From assembly GCA_022560375.1 (NCBI GenBank), contig JADFTK010000001.1, positions 1 to 62,519 on the forward strand: a stretch of 62,519 bases of DNA, in the 5' to 3' direction. The notes beneath the pieces were generated by a model that worked only from the letters and a program-made list of their open reading frames with translations, searched no databases and was not told the DNA's origin. Every line of letters begins with the position of its first letter. Positions within the stretch are counted from its first letter, which is position 1. Positions 26,239 through 34,992 of the stretch are shown here, piece by piece. The DNA is from Patescibacteria group bacterium (GTDB lineage: Bacteria > Patescibacteriota > Patescibacteriia > UBA10025 > JAHIVO01). A program made the position numbers and the translations under genes.

Positions 26239-27096
26239 ATGGAAAAGCTTCCTCTTCCCGAATCATTTAAATCTAAACCACTGGATAATAATCAGTCCGA
26301 GATCGTTATTGAGCCATGTTATCCCGGATACGGCAATACGATAGGCAACGCCCTTCGCCGTGTTTTATTTTCTTCACTCCCTGGTGCGGCAATAACCTCA
26401 GTAAAAATTAAGGATGTAACTCATGAGTTCGCCACAATTCCTGGTGTAAAAGAGGATGTAGTTGAAATAATAATGAATTTAAAAAGGTTGAATTTTGTGC
26501 TCCACGGAACGGATGAGGTAAAAGCAAGCCTCAAAGTCAAAGGTGCCAAAAAAGTCAAAGCTAAAGATCTAAAGATTACCAGTGATACAGCGCTGGGGAA
26601 CCCTGAGGAGCTAATAGCTACCCTTACTGATAAAGATGCCGAATTTGAAATAGAGATTACCATCAAAACCGGTAGGGGTTATGTACCAGTCGAGAATATT
26701 GAAAAAAAGCAAATTCAACTCGGTACTATTGCTATCGATTCTATTTATACCCCGGTAGTGAATGTAAATTTTACCGTAGAGAATGTCAGAGTTGGTCAGA
26801 TGACAAACTATGATAAATTACTTATACAAATAACCACTGACGGCACGATTACCCCTGAGGAAGCCCTGAAGTCATCTGCCAGTATTCTGGTTGATCATTT
26901 TTCCGCGGTAGCTATGTTTGGGGATAATAAGAAAGTAAAAATCGATAAAGCTGATAAAGCTGAAGATCCCAATACGTTGAAGTCTGATGAGAATGAAGAA
27001 GAAAATAATGATGAAAAAGGAAGCAAAGCTGATGATATAACTATTGACAGTAAAGTAAAGAAGAAAAGGGGTAGACCTAAAAAAAGCGATAAGTAG
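26239..27096 (+). CDS. rpoA: DNA-directed RNA polymerase alpha subunit, NTD only, with acidic/Lys-rich tail ending in an AT-hook
   Basis: The NTD is recognisable (GYGNTIGNALRRVLFSSLPGAAITSVKI..V.HEF..IPGV.EDV.EI..NLK). After about residue 228 only low complexity ...DENEEENNDEKG...KVKKKRGRPKKSDK. rplQ starts 4 nt after the stop. Confidence 0.88.
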   Translation: MEKLPLPESFKSKPLDNNQSEIVIEPCYPGYGNTIGNALRRVLFSSLPGAAITSVKIKDVTHEFATIPGVKEDVVEIIMNLKRLNFVLHGTDEVKASLKVKGAKKVKAKDLKITSDTALGNPEELIATLTDKDAEFEIEITIKTGRGYVPVENIEKKQIQLGTIAIDSIYTPVVNVNFTVENVRVGQMTNYDKLLIQITTDGTITPEEALKSSASILVDHFSAVAMFGDNKKVKIDKADKAEDPNTLKSDENEEENNDEKGSKADDITIDSKVKKKRGRPKKSDK

Positions 27097-27099
27097 CTA

Positions 27100-27468
27100 A
27101 TGAAACACAGAAAAAAAGATAAAAAATTGGGCCGAGATAAGTCTTCGAGGCGCTCATTGACTAAAAATCTAGTCAAATCTTTTTTCCTTTACGAACAACT
27201 AAAAACAACAGAGGCCAAGGCAAAATTTATCAAACCAGTTATTGAACGCCTGATCACCTTGGGCAAGAATAACAACTTGCACACACGCAGGCTACTTATA
27301 AAAAAAACTGATAGCCGCTCAACCACCAATCTAATACTAAATAAAATATCACCGAAGTACAAGGGACGGCAGGGTGGATATACGAGAATCACAAAAATTA
27401 ATAACCGTCAAGGCGATGGTGCCGTAGTGGTTGTGCTAACTTTAGTTGAAAATGATGAAAAAAAATAG
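27100..27468 (+). CDS. rplQ: 50S ribosomal protein L17
   Basis: MKHRKK..KLGR....R.....L..SF..YE...TT.AKAK...P..E.LIT; position after rpoA. Confidence 0.9.
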   Translation: MKHRKKDKKLGRDKSSRRSLTKNLVKSFFLYEQLKTTEAKAKFIKPVIERLITLGKNNNLHTRRLLIKKTDSRSTTNLILNKISPKYKGRQGGYTRITKINNRQGDGAVVVVLTLVENDEKK

Positions 27469-27823
27469 TGCCACAACAAAACTAAAGAGTTATACGATTG
27501 ATGCCAGTAATCGAGTCGTCGGTCGTTTAGCTAGTGAGGTAGCTACCATAATCAGGGGGAAAACTAGTGCTGAATATTCTCCACACGTGTTACCTCAGGT
27601 AAACGTTACCATATTGAACATAGATAAAATTAAAATTTCCGAAAAAAAATTAGACTCCACGTTCTATTATCATTATAGTGGATATCCAGGTGGTATGAAA
27701 AGTAGAAGTGTCAGAGATTTTTTTGAAAAAAGTCCAAAGTCTTTATTTCTGAAAGTGATAGATAATATGATTCCGGCCAATAAATTAAAGAAAAGTATTT
27801 TAAAGAGAATAAAGTTTGAGTAA
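27446..27823 (+). CDS. rplM: 50S ribosomal protein L13 (exact start among three nearby Met codons uncertain)
   Basis: ...YTIDASNRVVGRLASEVATIIRGK... matches the L13 N-terminal signature. Overlaps the rplQ end. Confidence 0.85.
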   Translation: MKMMKKNSATTKLKSYTIDASNRVVGRLASEVATIIRGKTSAEYSPHVLPQVNVTILNIDKIKISEKKLDSTFYYHYSGYPGGMKSRSVRDFFEKSPKSLFLKVIDNMIPANKLKKSILKRIKFE

Positions 27824-27829
27824 TTACCT

Positions 27830-28390
27830 ATGGTCAACAAGAAAATAACTAAAAAGAAAAGTGAGGCCCCAGTCGTCAAGAAAAAAAGTACTGCGGTAAA
27901 AAAGAGGCCAGCGAAAAAAACGTTAAGTAAACCTAAAGTGAGCAAGGTAAAAAAAGAGCTCAAGGATGACAAGGTTGTTGAATCGGAGTCAAAAATTAAG
28001 TATGATTTCAAGTTTGCAGTGGGGCGGAGAAAGCAGGCGGTCGCTAGAGTACGTTACTATGCCAAAGGAGACGGGGAAATCATCATAAATGATAAAAAAA
28101 TACAGGAGTACTTTCCTACCATCAGACTGCAAAATATTATATATGAGCCGTTAGTACTGACTAACAAGAAAAATGAGGGTAAATACACCATCAAAGTAAA
28201 AGGTGGTGGGATACGTGGGCAGGCGGACAGTATTCGCCTGGGAATTAGCCGGCTACTTTTCCAGAATGATAAAAATATTAAACCGTTACTAAAAACCAAG
28301 AAATTGCTAACTGTAGATTCTCGAGTCAAGGAAAGAAAGAAGTACGGGCTCAAGAAAGCCAGACGAGCACCCCAATGGCAAAAACGCTAA
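27830..28390 (+). CDS. rpsI: 30S ribosomal protein S9 with ~55-aa lysine-rich N-terminal extension
   Basis: Core GRRK.AVARVR......G.I.IN ... GGG..GQA.....GI.R.L ... D.R.KERKKYG.KKARR.PQ..KR, preceded by a KKITKKKSEAPVVKKKSTAVKKRPAKKTLSKPKVSKVKK tract. Confidence 0.9.
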   Translation: MVNKKITKKKSEAPVVKKKSTAVKKRPAKKTLSKPKVSKVKKELKDDKVVESESKIKYDFKFAVGRRKQAVARVRYYAKGDGEIIINDKKIQEYFPTIRLQNIIYEPLVLTNKKNEGKYTIKVKGGGIRGQADSIRLGISRLLFQNDKNIKPLLKTKKLLTVDSRVKERKKYGLKKARRAPQWQKR

Positions 28391-28394
28391 ATTC

Positions 28395-29873
28395 ATGAAT
28401 GACACCGCCGTGTCAAATGAAGGTAATAATAATTTTCAAGAGAGGATTCTAAAGAATACAAGCTACTTAGCGGTTGCTTTCATTCTGCAAAAGATTCTCT
28501 CTTTTTTGTACTTTATTTACTTAGCAAGAATTTTAGGTCCGGAGGACTTGGGTCTTTATGATCCCATAAAATCCTTGATTCCTATATTGCTCATACTGAT
28601 CGACTTCAGTCTTAGCGTCGTCCTGGTTAGAGAAATTGCCAGAAAGCCGCACAAGGCTGCAGAATATTTAAGTAGCGTACTTGGTATTAAAGTTGTTTTT
28701 GCTTTTGTGATAATCCTTATCATGGGACTGTTTACTAATTTTTCTTCTTATTCAACTCTGATAAAAACAATTCTATACCTTGACGCCATTATTGTCGTGC
28801 TAGACACTTTTACTCTGACCTTTTTCGCCGTGTTTAGGGGGCTACAAAATTTGAAGTATGAGTCTTTGGGTATAATAGGAACTCAGGTAATTACTATTAT
28901 ATTTGGTGTAATCGCCCTGCAGCAAGATTTGGGACTGCAATATTTATTTATTGCGGTTGCTTTTGGCAGCATTTTTAACTTTATATTTTCTTATTCCATG
29001 CTCAGGAAAAAGCTGAAATTAAAGATCAGACTGCATTGGAATATAGATATTATAAAAAGATTTCTAAGAATAGCCATTCCTTTTGCTATAGCGGCTATAT
29101 TTGTAAAAATTTATACCTTTACTGACAGATTCTTACTCCTTTTGATGTCAGGACAAAGCCATGTTGGCTGGTATGTAACTGCTCATAAATTAACTTTTGC
29201 TTTAGAATTTATTCCCTCGGCATTTGCGGCAAGCATATTCCCGGCCATGAGCGCTTATTACATGTATTCGCGCACGAAGCTTTCTAAAATATTTGAGAAA
29301 ACCACCCACTATTTAATGATAATCGCTATGCCCATCTCGTTTGGGATGGTAATATTAGCAGACAAAATAATACTAACGCTCTATGGCTCGGATTTTGAAA
29401 CATCGATACTGCCTTTAAGAATACTAATTTCAAGCTTAATAGTTGTATTTTTGAATTTTCCAGTAGGGGCACTCTTGAATGCTTGTAATAAGCAAGTTGT
29501 TAATACTATAAATATGGGTATAGTTGTGGTAATTAACGTCGCTCTGAACCTCATTTTAATAAAAGAATACAGTTTTAACGGTGCAGCGATATCAGCTTTT
29601 GTCAGCGGATTCATCCTATTCTTCCTGGGGTTAAGATGGGTTGGAAAAATTATTGATTATGATAAAATATTCCTTTTAAAAACATTGGGCAAGGTAATGG
29701 GTGCATCTATGATAATGGCCATATTGCTTTACTTCTCAAGAGAATTGCTATCGATTTACATTTCCATTCCATTGGGCATGGTCACCTATTTTGTATTCTT
29801 ATACTTGTTTAAGGGCATATCGAAAGATGATTTAGGTACTCTGTACCGTTCAATTAGGAAAAGGATTGCATAA
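28395..29873 (+). CDS. polysaccharide flippase (MOP/Wzx family)
   Basis: 492 aa with about 12-14 TM segments and a typical Wzx-like N-terminus (KNTSYLAVAFILQKILSFLYFIYLARILGPEDLG). Starts 4 nt after rpsI. Confidence 0.7.
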   Translation: MNDTAVSNEGNNNFQERILKNTSYLAVAFILQKILSFLYFIYLARILGPEDLGLYDPIKSLIPILLILIDFSLSVVLVREIARKPHKAAEYLSSVLGIKVVFAFVIILIMGLFTNFSSYSTLIKTILYLDAIIVVLDTFTLTFFAVFRGLQNLKYESLGIIGTQVITIIFGVIALQQDLGLQYLFIAVAFGSIFNFIFSYSMLRKKLKLKIRLHWNIDIIKRFLRIAIPFAIAAIFVKIYTFTDRFLLLLMSGQSHVGWYVTAHKLTFALEFIPSAFAASIFPAMSAYYMYSRTKLSKIFEKTTHYLMIIAMPISFGMVILADKIILTLYGSDFETSILPLRILISSLIVVFLNFPVGALLNACNKQVVNTINMGIVVVINVALNLILIKEYSFNGAAISAFVSGFILFFLGLRWVGKIIDYDKIFLLKTLGKVMGASMIMAILLYFSRELLSIYISIPLGMVTYFVFLYLFKGISKDDLGTLYRSIRKRIA

Positions 29874-29876
29874 ATT

Positions 29877-31019
29877 ATGAAAAAATCACTACTCGTTACC
29901 ATGGATTATCCCCCCATAAGGGGCGGTACCAGCCATACCTTGTGGCAATTCAGTACTCAATTCCCGAGTGACGATCTTTTTGTCTTAACTGAACTAAGTG
30001 AAATATATATAGACGCTGATTTTGAAATTATTAGAAAGAAATTTCACTCAAAATCTAGATATGTTTGGCCAAAATGGCTACCATTATATAGGCATATCAG
30101 AAAAATAATCAAGGAAAAGGGGATAAGTATAATACAGGTCGGACAAATACTTCCCATTGGCACAGTCGCCCTGTTAATTAAAAAATTACATAAAACCCCT
30201 TATGTAGTATACGTCTACGGCCAAGACTTGGTGATTATGAGAAGGTCTAAACGTAAGTTTTTTTTGATCAAAAAAATACTAGAAAATGCTGATGGCATAA
30301 TAGCCTGTAGTAACTACACTAAAGAGTTGGCAGTTTCACTAGGAGCTGATCCGGAAAAATCTTTGGTGGCCTATCCTTGCCCCCGCTTACATTCAAATGT
30401 TGAAGTTTTGCAGCAAGAAATTGATAGCTTTATCCAAAATAATAATTTGGCAGGTAAAAAAATATTATTATCAGTAGGGAATCTAGTTAGAAGAAAAGGG
30501 CACGATATGGTTTTGAAATCGTTGCCACAGTTAATAAAAGAAATACCAAATTTATTATATCTCATCGTTGGTAAGGGACCTGAAAAGGGGAGGTTAGTCG
30601 GATTAATCAAAAGTTTGAATTTGAAAGCATTTGTAAAGATAGTAGATAACGTACCTAACAGTAAATTAGCGCTGTATTATAAATGCGCCGATTTATTTAT
30701 CATGCCTTCTCGAGAGCTAAAAAATAAATATAACGAAACCATAGACGTTGAAGGTTTCGGTCTTGTTTTCATTGAGGCTAATATGTTCGGGATTCCTGTT
30801 ATCGGCGGAAGGTCTGGTGGGATACCTGAGGCAATCGCCGATGGTATCTCCGGATTATTGGTAGATCCCCATGATGAATATGACATCGCCAAGGCCGTAA
30901 AAAAATTACTAAGTGACGAGAAATACTCAAGGCAATTGGGAGAAAATGGGCGGCAAAGAGCTATAAATAATTTCAAGATATCGGAAGAGAGTAAAAAAAT
31001 TATGAGCCTTTTAAAATGA
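29877..31019 (+). CDS. glycosyltransferase family 4
   Basis: C-terminal GT-B motif: PSRE...EGFGLVFIEANMFGIPVIGGRSGGIPEAI. Confidence 0.8.
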   Translation: MKKSLLVTMDYPPIRGGTSHTLWQFSTQFPSDDLFVLTELSEIYIDADFEIIRKKFHSKSRYVWPKWLPLYRHIRKIIKEKGISIIQVGQILPIGTVALLIKKLHKTPYVVYVYGQDLVIMRRSKRKFFLIKKILENADGIIACSNYTKELAVSLGADPEKSLVAYPCPRLHSNVEVLQQEIDSFIQNNNLAGKKILLSVGNLVRRKGHDMVLKSLPQLIKEIPNLLYLIVGKGPEKGRLVGLIKSLNLKAFVKIVDNVPNSKLALYYKCADLFIMPSRELKNKYNETIDVEGFGLVFIEANMFGIPVIGGRSGGIPEAIADGISGLLVDPHDEYDIAKAVKKLLSDEKYSRQLGENGRQRAINNFKISEESKKIMSLLK

Positions 31020-31663
31020 GCAAAGATCTGATTAGCATAATCATCCCTTGCTACCAAGCTGCTAAGACTCTTGATAAAACACTAAATGATATCTATAACC
31101 AGACTTACGAACCGATTGAGATAATTGCGGTGAACGATGGCTCGACTGATAAAACTGGTGAAATATTGGATCAGCACCAAGATAGAATATTGGTAATTGA
31201 TCAAGATAATAACGGAGCCCCCGCAGCGAGGAATGCTGGTTTTGAAAGATCGAAGGGAGAGTATATATTATTTTGCGATGCCGACGTTAGGCTAAACCCG
31301 AGAATGATCGAGTTAATGCATCAGACATTGCTAAATAATCCGGATAAAGCGTACTGTTACTCCAATTTCAAGTTTGGCGTACATACTTTTGATTTATTCC
31401 CTTTCGATCCTGAACGGTTGGAAAAAGAGAACTACATAAGCACTATGTCTCTGATCAGAAGAGAAAACTTTATTGGGTTCGATGAAAACCTCAGTAAATT
31501 TCAAGACTGGGATTTATGGAAAAGAATGCTCAGGAAGAATTATTATGGAGTCTGGCACCCAGAAAGGCTTTTCAGCTCACCAATTAATAAAGGGGGAATT
31601 TCCGGGTATAGCTTGATAGGTTTGTTGAAAATAATCTACAGAAAACTTAAATTAAACAAGTAA
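31016..31663 (+). CDS. glycosyltransferase family 2 (short)
   Basis: ISIIIPCYQAAKTLDKTL..I.NQTY.PIEIIAVNDGSTDKT and DAD motif (FCDADV). 4-nt overlap with the upstream gene. Confidence 0.8.
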   Translation: MSKDLISIIIPCYQAAKTLDKTLNDIYNQTYEPIEIIAVNDGSTDKTGEILDQHQDRILVIDQDNNGAPAARNAGFERSKGEYILFCDADVRLNPRMIELMHQTLLNNPDKAYCYSNFKFGVHTFDLFPFDPERLEKENYISTMSLIRRENFIGFDENLSKFQDWDLWKRMLRKNYYGVWHPERLFSSPINKGGISGYSLIGLLKIIYRKLKLNK

Positions 31664-31699
31664 TTATACCTATTGCGGGTGCATAAAAAAGTAGGTAAA

Positions 31700-32578
31700 A
31701 TGGATTATATGGATGTATCCGTTATAATAGTATCTTGGAAGGTAAGAGATTTACTTAGAAATTGCCTACAGTCAATATATAAAGAAACTAAAAACCTCAA
31801 TTTTGAGGTTTTTGTAGTTGATAATAATTCCGGGGACGGTACCAGTGAGATGGTACTTAATGAGTTCTCGCAAGTTAGACTAATTACCAACCAAAAGAAC
31901 TTGGGTTTTGCTAAAGCCAACAACTCAGCTATAAAAAAATCACTTGGCTCTACCATACTTTTACTGAATCCTGATGTAAAAATTACTGATAATGCTATTA
32001 AAAAATCCTTTGACTTCCTCAAAAGTCGAAACGATATAGGCATAGTAGGCTGTAAAATTTTAAACAATGATGGGTCAATCCAAAAATCAGTAAGGAAATT
32101 TCCCGATCTAGTATCTCACGTTATTATTCTATTAAAACTGCATAACTTCATCAACAACTTTAGGTCTATCAAAAAATATTATATGCTAGATTTCCCGGGT
32201 AACAAAACCAGGCAAGTGGACCAGGTCATGGGCGCTTTCTATATGATCAGGAGGGAATTAATCGACCAGATAGGGTTACTCGATGGTCATTTTTTTGTTT
32301 GGTATGAAGAGGTTGATTACTGTAAAAGGGCTATCCAGGCAGGATGGAAAACTTTTTTTTACGCAGAAACCTTTATTAAGCACAGTAAGGGACAAAGCTT
32401 TTCAAGGTTAAAGCCTATGTCTAAGCAATTTATCCTAAACAGGAGTATGCTCTATTATTTTTATAAGCATCATTCGAAATTTGACTACCTAGTTATCTTG
32501 TTACTATACCCTGTTAGTATTTTTTTAGCCGGGGTAGTTCAAATGTTATCTATCAAGAAAAGGTCAAATAATTTTTAG
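31700..32578 (+). CDS. glycosyltransferase family 2 (rhamnosyltransferase-like). The start could be TTG 31673.
   Basis: VSVIIVSWKVRDLL.NCLQSI...EVFVVDNNSGDGT, LLNPDV, WYEEVDYC. Confidence 0.75.
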   Translation: MDYMDVSVIIVSWKVRDLLRNCLQSIYKETKNLNFEVFVVDNNSGDGTSEMVLNEFSQVRLITNQKNLGFAKANNSAIKKSLGSTILLLNPDVKITDNAIKKSFDFLKSRNDIGIVGCKILNNDGSIQKSVRKFPDLVSHVIILLKLHNFINNFRSIKKYYMLDFPGNKTRQVDQVMGAFYMIRRELIDQIGLLDGHFFVWYEEVDYCKRAIQAGWKTFFYAETFIKHSKGQSFSRLKPMSKQFILNRSMLYYFYKHHSKFDYLVILLLYPVSIFLAGVVQMLSIKKRSNNF

Positions 32579-32583
32579 TCTGT

Positions 32584-34104
32584 ATGAGTAAATTAAAACT
32601 ATATGGTGATTATTTCAAAATAACGTTTTGGTCAATCATCATAATTGAGACATTATCATTTTTAGGTCACAACTTTTCGTTGGTAAACCAAATTTTATTT
32701 CCCTTGATCATCTTGGCCACTTTCATTATCAGCCTGAGGAAGCTGGAGTACGGATTTTGGATTGTTATGGTGGAGTTATTCATTGGATCATTCGGCTATT
32801 TATTTTCTTACGATACTGATGAGTTTAGGCTGTCGATCCGGTTAGGTGTATTCGTCGCCCTCATTCTGGCTTTTATCATTAAATCTGTAAGAGAAAAAAA
32901 AGTAAGTTTCTATAAAACCAAACTATACCGGCCATTTATTATTTTTGTGTCCTTCGTAGCACTCGGCGTGGTGGTGGGCTTGGTGAAAGGTAATGAAGTA
33001 AAGGATATTTTTTTCGATTTCAACGCGTATTTATATTTTGCTCTAATATTCGTTTCGTATAGTGTATTAACTTCCTGGGACAGAATAAATAAGTTACTCC
33101 AGATACTTTTTGCATCGGTCAGCGTGATAGCTATTAAAACATTTTTCCTACTTTCTTATTTTGCCCATCAAACAAATGACGGTTTAGTGCGGCTAGTATA
33201 TACCTGGGTGAGGGATACACGGGTTGGAGAAATTTCCCTAATCGCCCAGGACTATTTTCGAATCTTTTTCCAGAGCCATATATGGAGTTTGTTCGTGGGA
33301 ATAATTTGTCTGGTTTTTTTGGTAATGTTAAATAAGAATGATACTGACAGGTCTAATAGAAGAATAAGTTGGATTGTCGGAATATTGTCAAGCACGGCAC
33401 TCATAATAAGCTTTTCCAGGAGTATTTGGCTTTCAATATTGATAACAGTACTGATATTTTTTGGGTATGTGCTAAAAAAAAAGAATCTGGGTGCTTCAGT
33501 ATTTTTAAAAGCAGTTTTAGTTATGGCCGTTATACTAATTCTAGAAGTCGTTTTCATTACCGGGTTAGTGAATTTCAAGTTACCCGGGGGTAGTTCAAAT
33601 AATATTTCCACCGCTTCCTTGATCAGGGACCGCATAACTGTTACTGACGAGCCGGCTCTGGGGAGTAGATTCCAGCTACTAAAGCCTTTGTGGTCTAAAG
33701 CTCTGGAAAGTCCCGTAGTAGGCAGCGGGTTTGGGACAACTATAACGTATAAAACGCTGGACCCAAGAACGAAGGAATTAAATGGGGGGCAGTATACCAC
33801 TTACTCGTTTGAGTGGGGCTATTTGGATTTGCTGGTAAAGCTTGGTGTGTTTGGGTTACTGGCCTATATGTATTTTTTATGGAAACTTCTAAAGATTGGT
33901 TTGCAATCGTTAAGTAGATTATCTAATAAAGAGGAGTATTATTTGGTATTTGGCCTAGCGCTATCTTTAATTTCTTTATTAGTAGTACATTTTACGACGC
34001 CTTATTTAAACCATCCTCTCGGAATAACCCTTATAGTACTGTTAGCAGCAATTTTCGAAAAAATATTTAGGGGAGACTTGTCAGTCCAGGGTATCAAATC
34101 TTGA
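32584..34104 (+). CDS. O-antigen ligase/polymerase-like (Wzy_C family) membrane protein
   Basis: 506 aa and polytopic. Contains the SRSIWLSILITVL segment and a large external loop, typical of the family. Confidence 0.6.
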   Translation: MSKLKLYGDYFKITFWSIIIIETLSFLGHNFSLVNQILFPLIILATFIISLRKLEYGFWIVMVELFIGSFGYLFSYDTDEFRLSIRLGVFVALILAFIIKSVREKKVSFYKTKLYRPFIIFVSFVALGVVVGLVKGNEVKDIFFDFNAYLYFALIFVSYSVLTSWDRINKLLQILFASVSVIAIKTFFLLSYFAHQTNDGLVRLVYTWVRDTRVGEISLIAQDYFRIFFQSHIWSLFVGIICLVFLVMLNKNDTDRSNRRISWIVGILSSTALIISFSRSIWLSILITVLIFFGYVLKKKNLGASVFLKAVLVMAVILILEVVFITGLVNFKLPGGSSNNISTASLIRDRITVTDEPALGSRFQLLKPLWSKALESPVVGSGFGTTITYKTLDPRTKELNGGQYTTYSFEWGYLDLLVKLGVFGLLAYMYFLWKLLKIGLQSLSRLSNKEEYYLVFGLALSLISLLVVHFTTPYLNHPLGITLIVLLAAIFEKIFRGDLSVQGIKS

Positions 34105-34161
34105 AAAAAACCCCAAAATTTGTTATAGTTTAGCCTAACTATATTCAAATGAAGCAAATAT

Positions 34162-34992
34162 ATGCTTGATCTCTCAGTAATAATTGTAAATTTCAACGGG
34201 AGGGGATTACTAAGGCAGTGTTTGAAATCCCTTCTTACCAATTTAGCTGGTAGCTCTCTAAAATATAAAGCGCTTGTAGTTGATAATAATTCAAGTGATG
34301 GAAGTGTCGATATGGTACGGGAACAATTTCCCGAGGTAAGATTGATACCCCTCAAAGAAAATGGTGGCTATGCCAAAGCAGTAAATGTGGGGATAAAATC
34401 GATAGAAAGCAGATATTACTTAATATTGAATATGGACACTACCATTGTCCAGAAAGAGGCCTTGGATAAAATGGTTATATTCATGGACAATCACCCCCAA
34501 GTAGGATTGGCAGGCCCTAAACTCATAAACCCCAACGGTTCAACGCAAGTATCTACCTGCGTATTTCCAAAATTTACCTACCCAATTTACCGAAGAACGT
34601 TCCTGAGCAAAATGCAGTTTACAAAAAAGGCTATCAGAGATTACCTGATGCTTGACTGGGATCATAAGGACTCCATGGCCGTTGACTGGGTGATTGGCAC
34701 CGGATTATTAGTGAGAAATGAGGCCATTCAACAAATAGGACTCATGGATGAACGCTTCTTCATGTATTTCGAGGATGTAGATTGGTGCCGGCGCATGTGG
34801 GACAGTGGCTGGCAGGTATTTTACATAGCCGATATAGAGATTGTGCACTACTACAGTAGAGATTCCGCGAAACAGAAAGGCTTTATTTCGCTATTCAGTA
34901 AAATTACCAGAATACACATCGCCTCGTGGTTAAAATATTTCATGAAGTATTCAGGAAAAAATCAAATACATGCTGCACAAAAAGAGAAATAA
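34162..34992 (+). CDS. glycosyltransferase family 2
   Basis: LSVIIVNFNGRGLL.QCLKSL...ALVVDNNSSDGS, NMDT, YFEDVDWC. Confidence 0.8.
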   Translation: MLDLSVIIVNFNGRGLLRQCLKSLLTNLAGSSLKYKALVVDNNSSDGSVDMVREQFPEVRLIPLKENGGYAKAVNVGIKSIESRYYLILNMDTTIVQKEALDKMVIFMDNHPQVGLAGPKLINPNGSTQVSTCVFPKFTYPIYRRTFLSKMQFTKKAIRDYLMLDWDHKDSMAVDWVIGTGLLVRNEAIQQIGLMDERFFMYFEDVDWCRRMWDSGWQVFYIADIEIVHYYSRDSAKQKGFISLFSKITRIHIASWLKYFMKYSGKNQIHAAQKEK

